Of a stretch of DNA of 64,000 nt, positions 63,263 to 64,000 are shown piece after piece; the first letter of the stretch is position 1; each line of letters starts with the position of its first letter. The notes beneath the pieces are model-generated. The model worked only from the letters and a program-made list of their open reading frames with translations, searched no databases and was not told the DNA's origin. A program made the translations under genes and the position numbers. This DNA comes from a virus. The stretch spans positions 28,389 through 92,388 of the IMG/VR virus record IMGVR_UViG_3300027815_000006. One strand, 5' to 3'.

Positions 63263-64000
63263 CTACGCCGTGCGTAGCTTCTCTTCCAGGCACTCCAGGG
63301 CAGAGACGAGGCGCTCGGAGTCGGACTCGAAGGCGTAGACCACGGGCCCCGTGTACTCCCAGAGGGCCTCGCGGAGGAGCTCCCACTCGGTCGAGGAGGC
63401 GTACCCGAGGAGGAGCACGGCCCGGAGCCTCCCCCGGCGCAGCGTGTTCAGGAGGTCCGGGAGCGCGACATAGAACGTGGCCTTCAGGTCCAGGGCGGTC
63501 AGCGCATCCCAGACGTACCCGGAGATGGGCGCGCCCCAGAGTCCGAAGCTCGCTGGGGTGGGGCACGCCGCACGGAGGAGGGGGAAGCTCTTGTCCGTGT
63601 AGCCCTTGAGGTTTCCGGAGAGCAGCGGAGCCCCCAACCCCTGACGGCCCCCCACGGCGAGGTGCCGTAGTTCTCGGATGGTTCTGGCCTGGGCGATGAG
63701 GGCCCGCCAGGGGGCGTCGTCCTCGCGGGAGATGCCCTGGATGTACCCGAGGGAGGGCCGCGCCTCGACCTGCTTTGCCAGGAGCCGGATGGTCTTGCGG
63801 ACATCTTCGGGAGGGAGGCCCTGCGCCACGAGGAGGCGGGCCCTGGCGGCAAACTCCGTCAGCCACGCGGCGTACGCCTCCCGGTCCTCCGGCGGGGCAG
63901 CGGCCACCGCGCGGACCTCCGCGTACAGCACCTCCGCCCCCTCCCTCAGTAGGACCGTACGGTCCAGCCCCTCGGCGGACTCCTCGGGCTCGCCTGTCGC
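63263..64000 (-). CDS. Hypothetical protein (partial, open at the right edge)
   Basis: The frame stays open to position 64000. Confidence 0.6.
   Translation of the reverse strand, partial: ATGEPEESAEGLDRTVLLREGAEVLYAEVRAVAAAPPEDREAYAAWLTEFAARARLLVAQGLPPEDVRKTIRLLAKQVEARPSLGYIQGISREDDAPWRALIAQARTIRELRHLAVGGRQGLGAPLLSGNLKGYTDKSFPLLRAACPTPASFGLWGAPISGYVWDALTALDLKATFYVALPDLLNTLRRGRLRAVLLLGYASSTEWELLREALWEYTGPVVYAFESDSERLVSALECLEEKLRTA
63952..63965. repeat. Dispersed palindrome GGACCGTACGGTCC
   Basis: Perfect, intragenic. Confidence 0.95.

Noticed and set aside
3312-63965. Palindrome as CRISPR repeat, REP/MITE, terminator or cloning scar
   Set aside because: Copies are kilobases apart, show no target duplications, loop or U-tract, and keep reading frames intact in conserved genes; natural one-mismatch variants exist.
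1-64000. Alternative genetic code, integrase/att site, or diversity-generating retroelement
   Set aside because: Core genes are intact in the standard code with all stop types used; no integrase, reverse transcriptase or TR/VR pair was seen in this window.

Overview
A 64-kb segment of a large, GC-rich (roughly 70% by eye) tailed phage genome, probably a contractile-tailed myovirus, with most genes on the minus strand. In order it carries: (1) tail sheath, tail completion and neck genes plus a repeat-rich fibre protein; (2) a small accessory island driven by a divergent pair of repeated promoters; (3) a T4-like head and packaging module (major capsid, prohead protease/scaffold, core, portal, terminase); (4) an amidase and a family A DNA polymerase; (5) a 2915-aa multidomain protein, a DNA methylase, a zincin and a ParB-like protein; (6) a recombination/replication module (Cas4-like nuclease, resolvase, RecA, intein-containing SF2 helicase, SSB, primase, DnaB, DnaC-like loader, initiator, UDG); (7) a second accessory island. 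The strongest unexplained signal is the palindrome GGACCGTACGGTCC (consensus Y-GGACCGTACGGTCC-R, 16 bp). It occurs as 14 perfect and 2 one-mismatch copies, usually every 2-6 kb, between genes and inside genes in all three frames, including just inside the ParB-like gene. This suggests a phage-encoded parS/NBS-like genome-marking system. Other signals: a tRNA-shaped RNA with no anticodon loop, widespread leaderless promoters, three repeated promoters with a covarying leader hairpin, and a shared N-terminal module on two probable virion-packaged effector proteins. All functional calls come from motif recognition by eye; no database searches were run.
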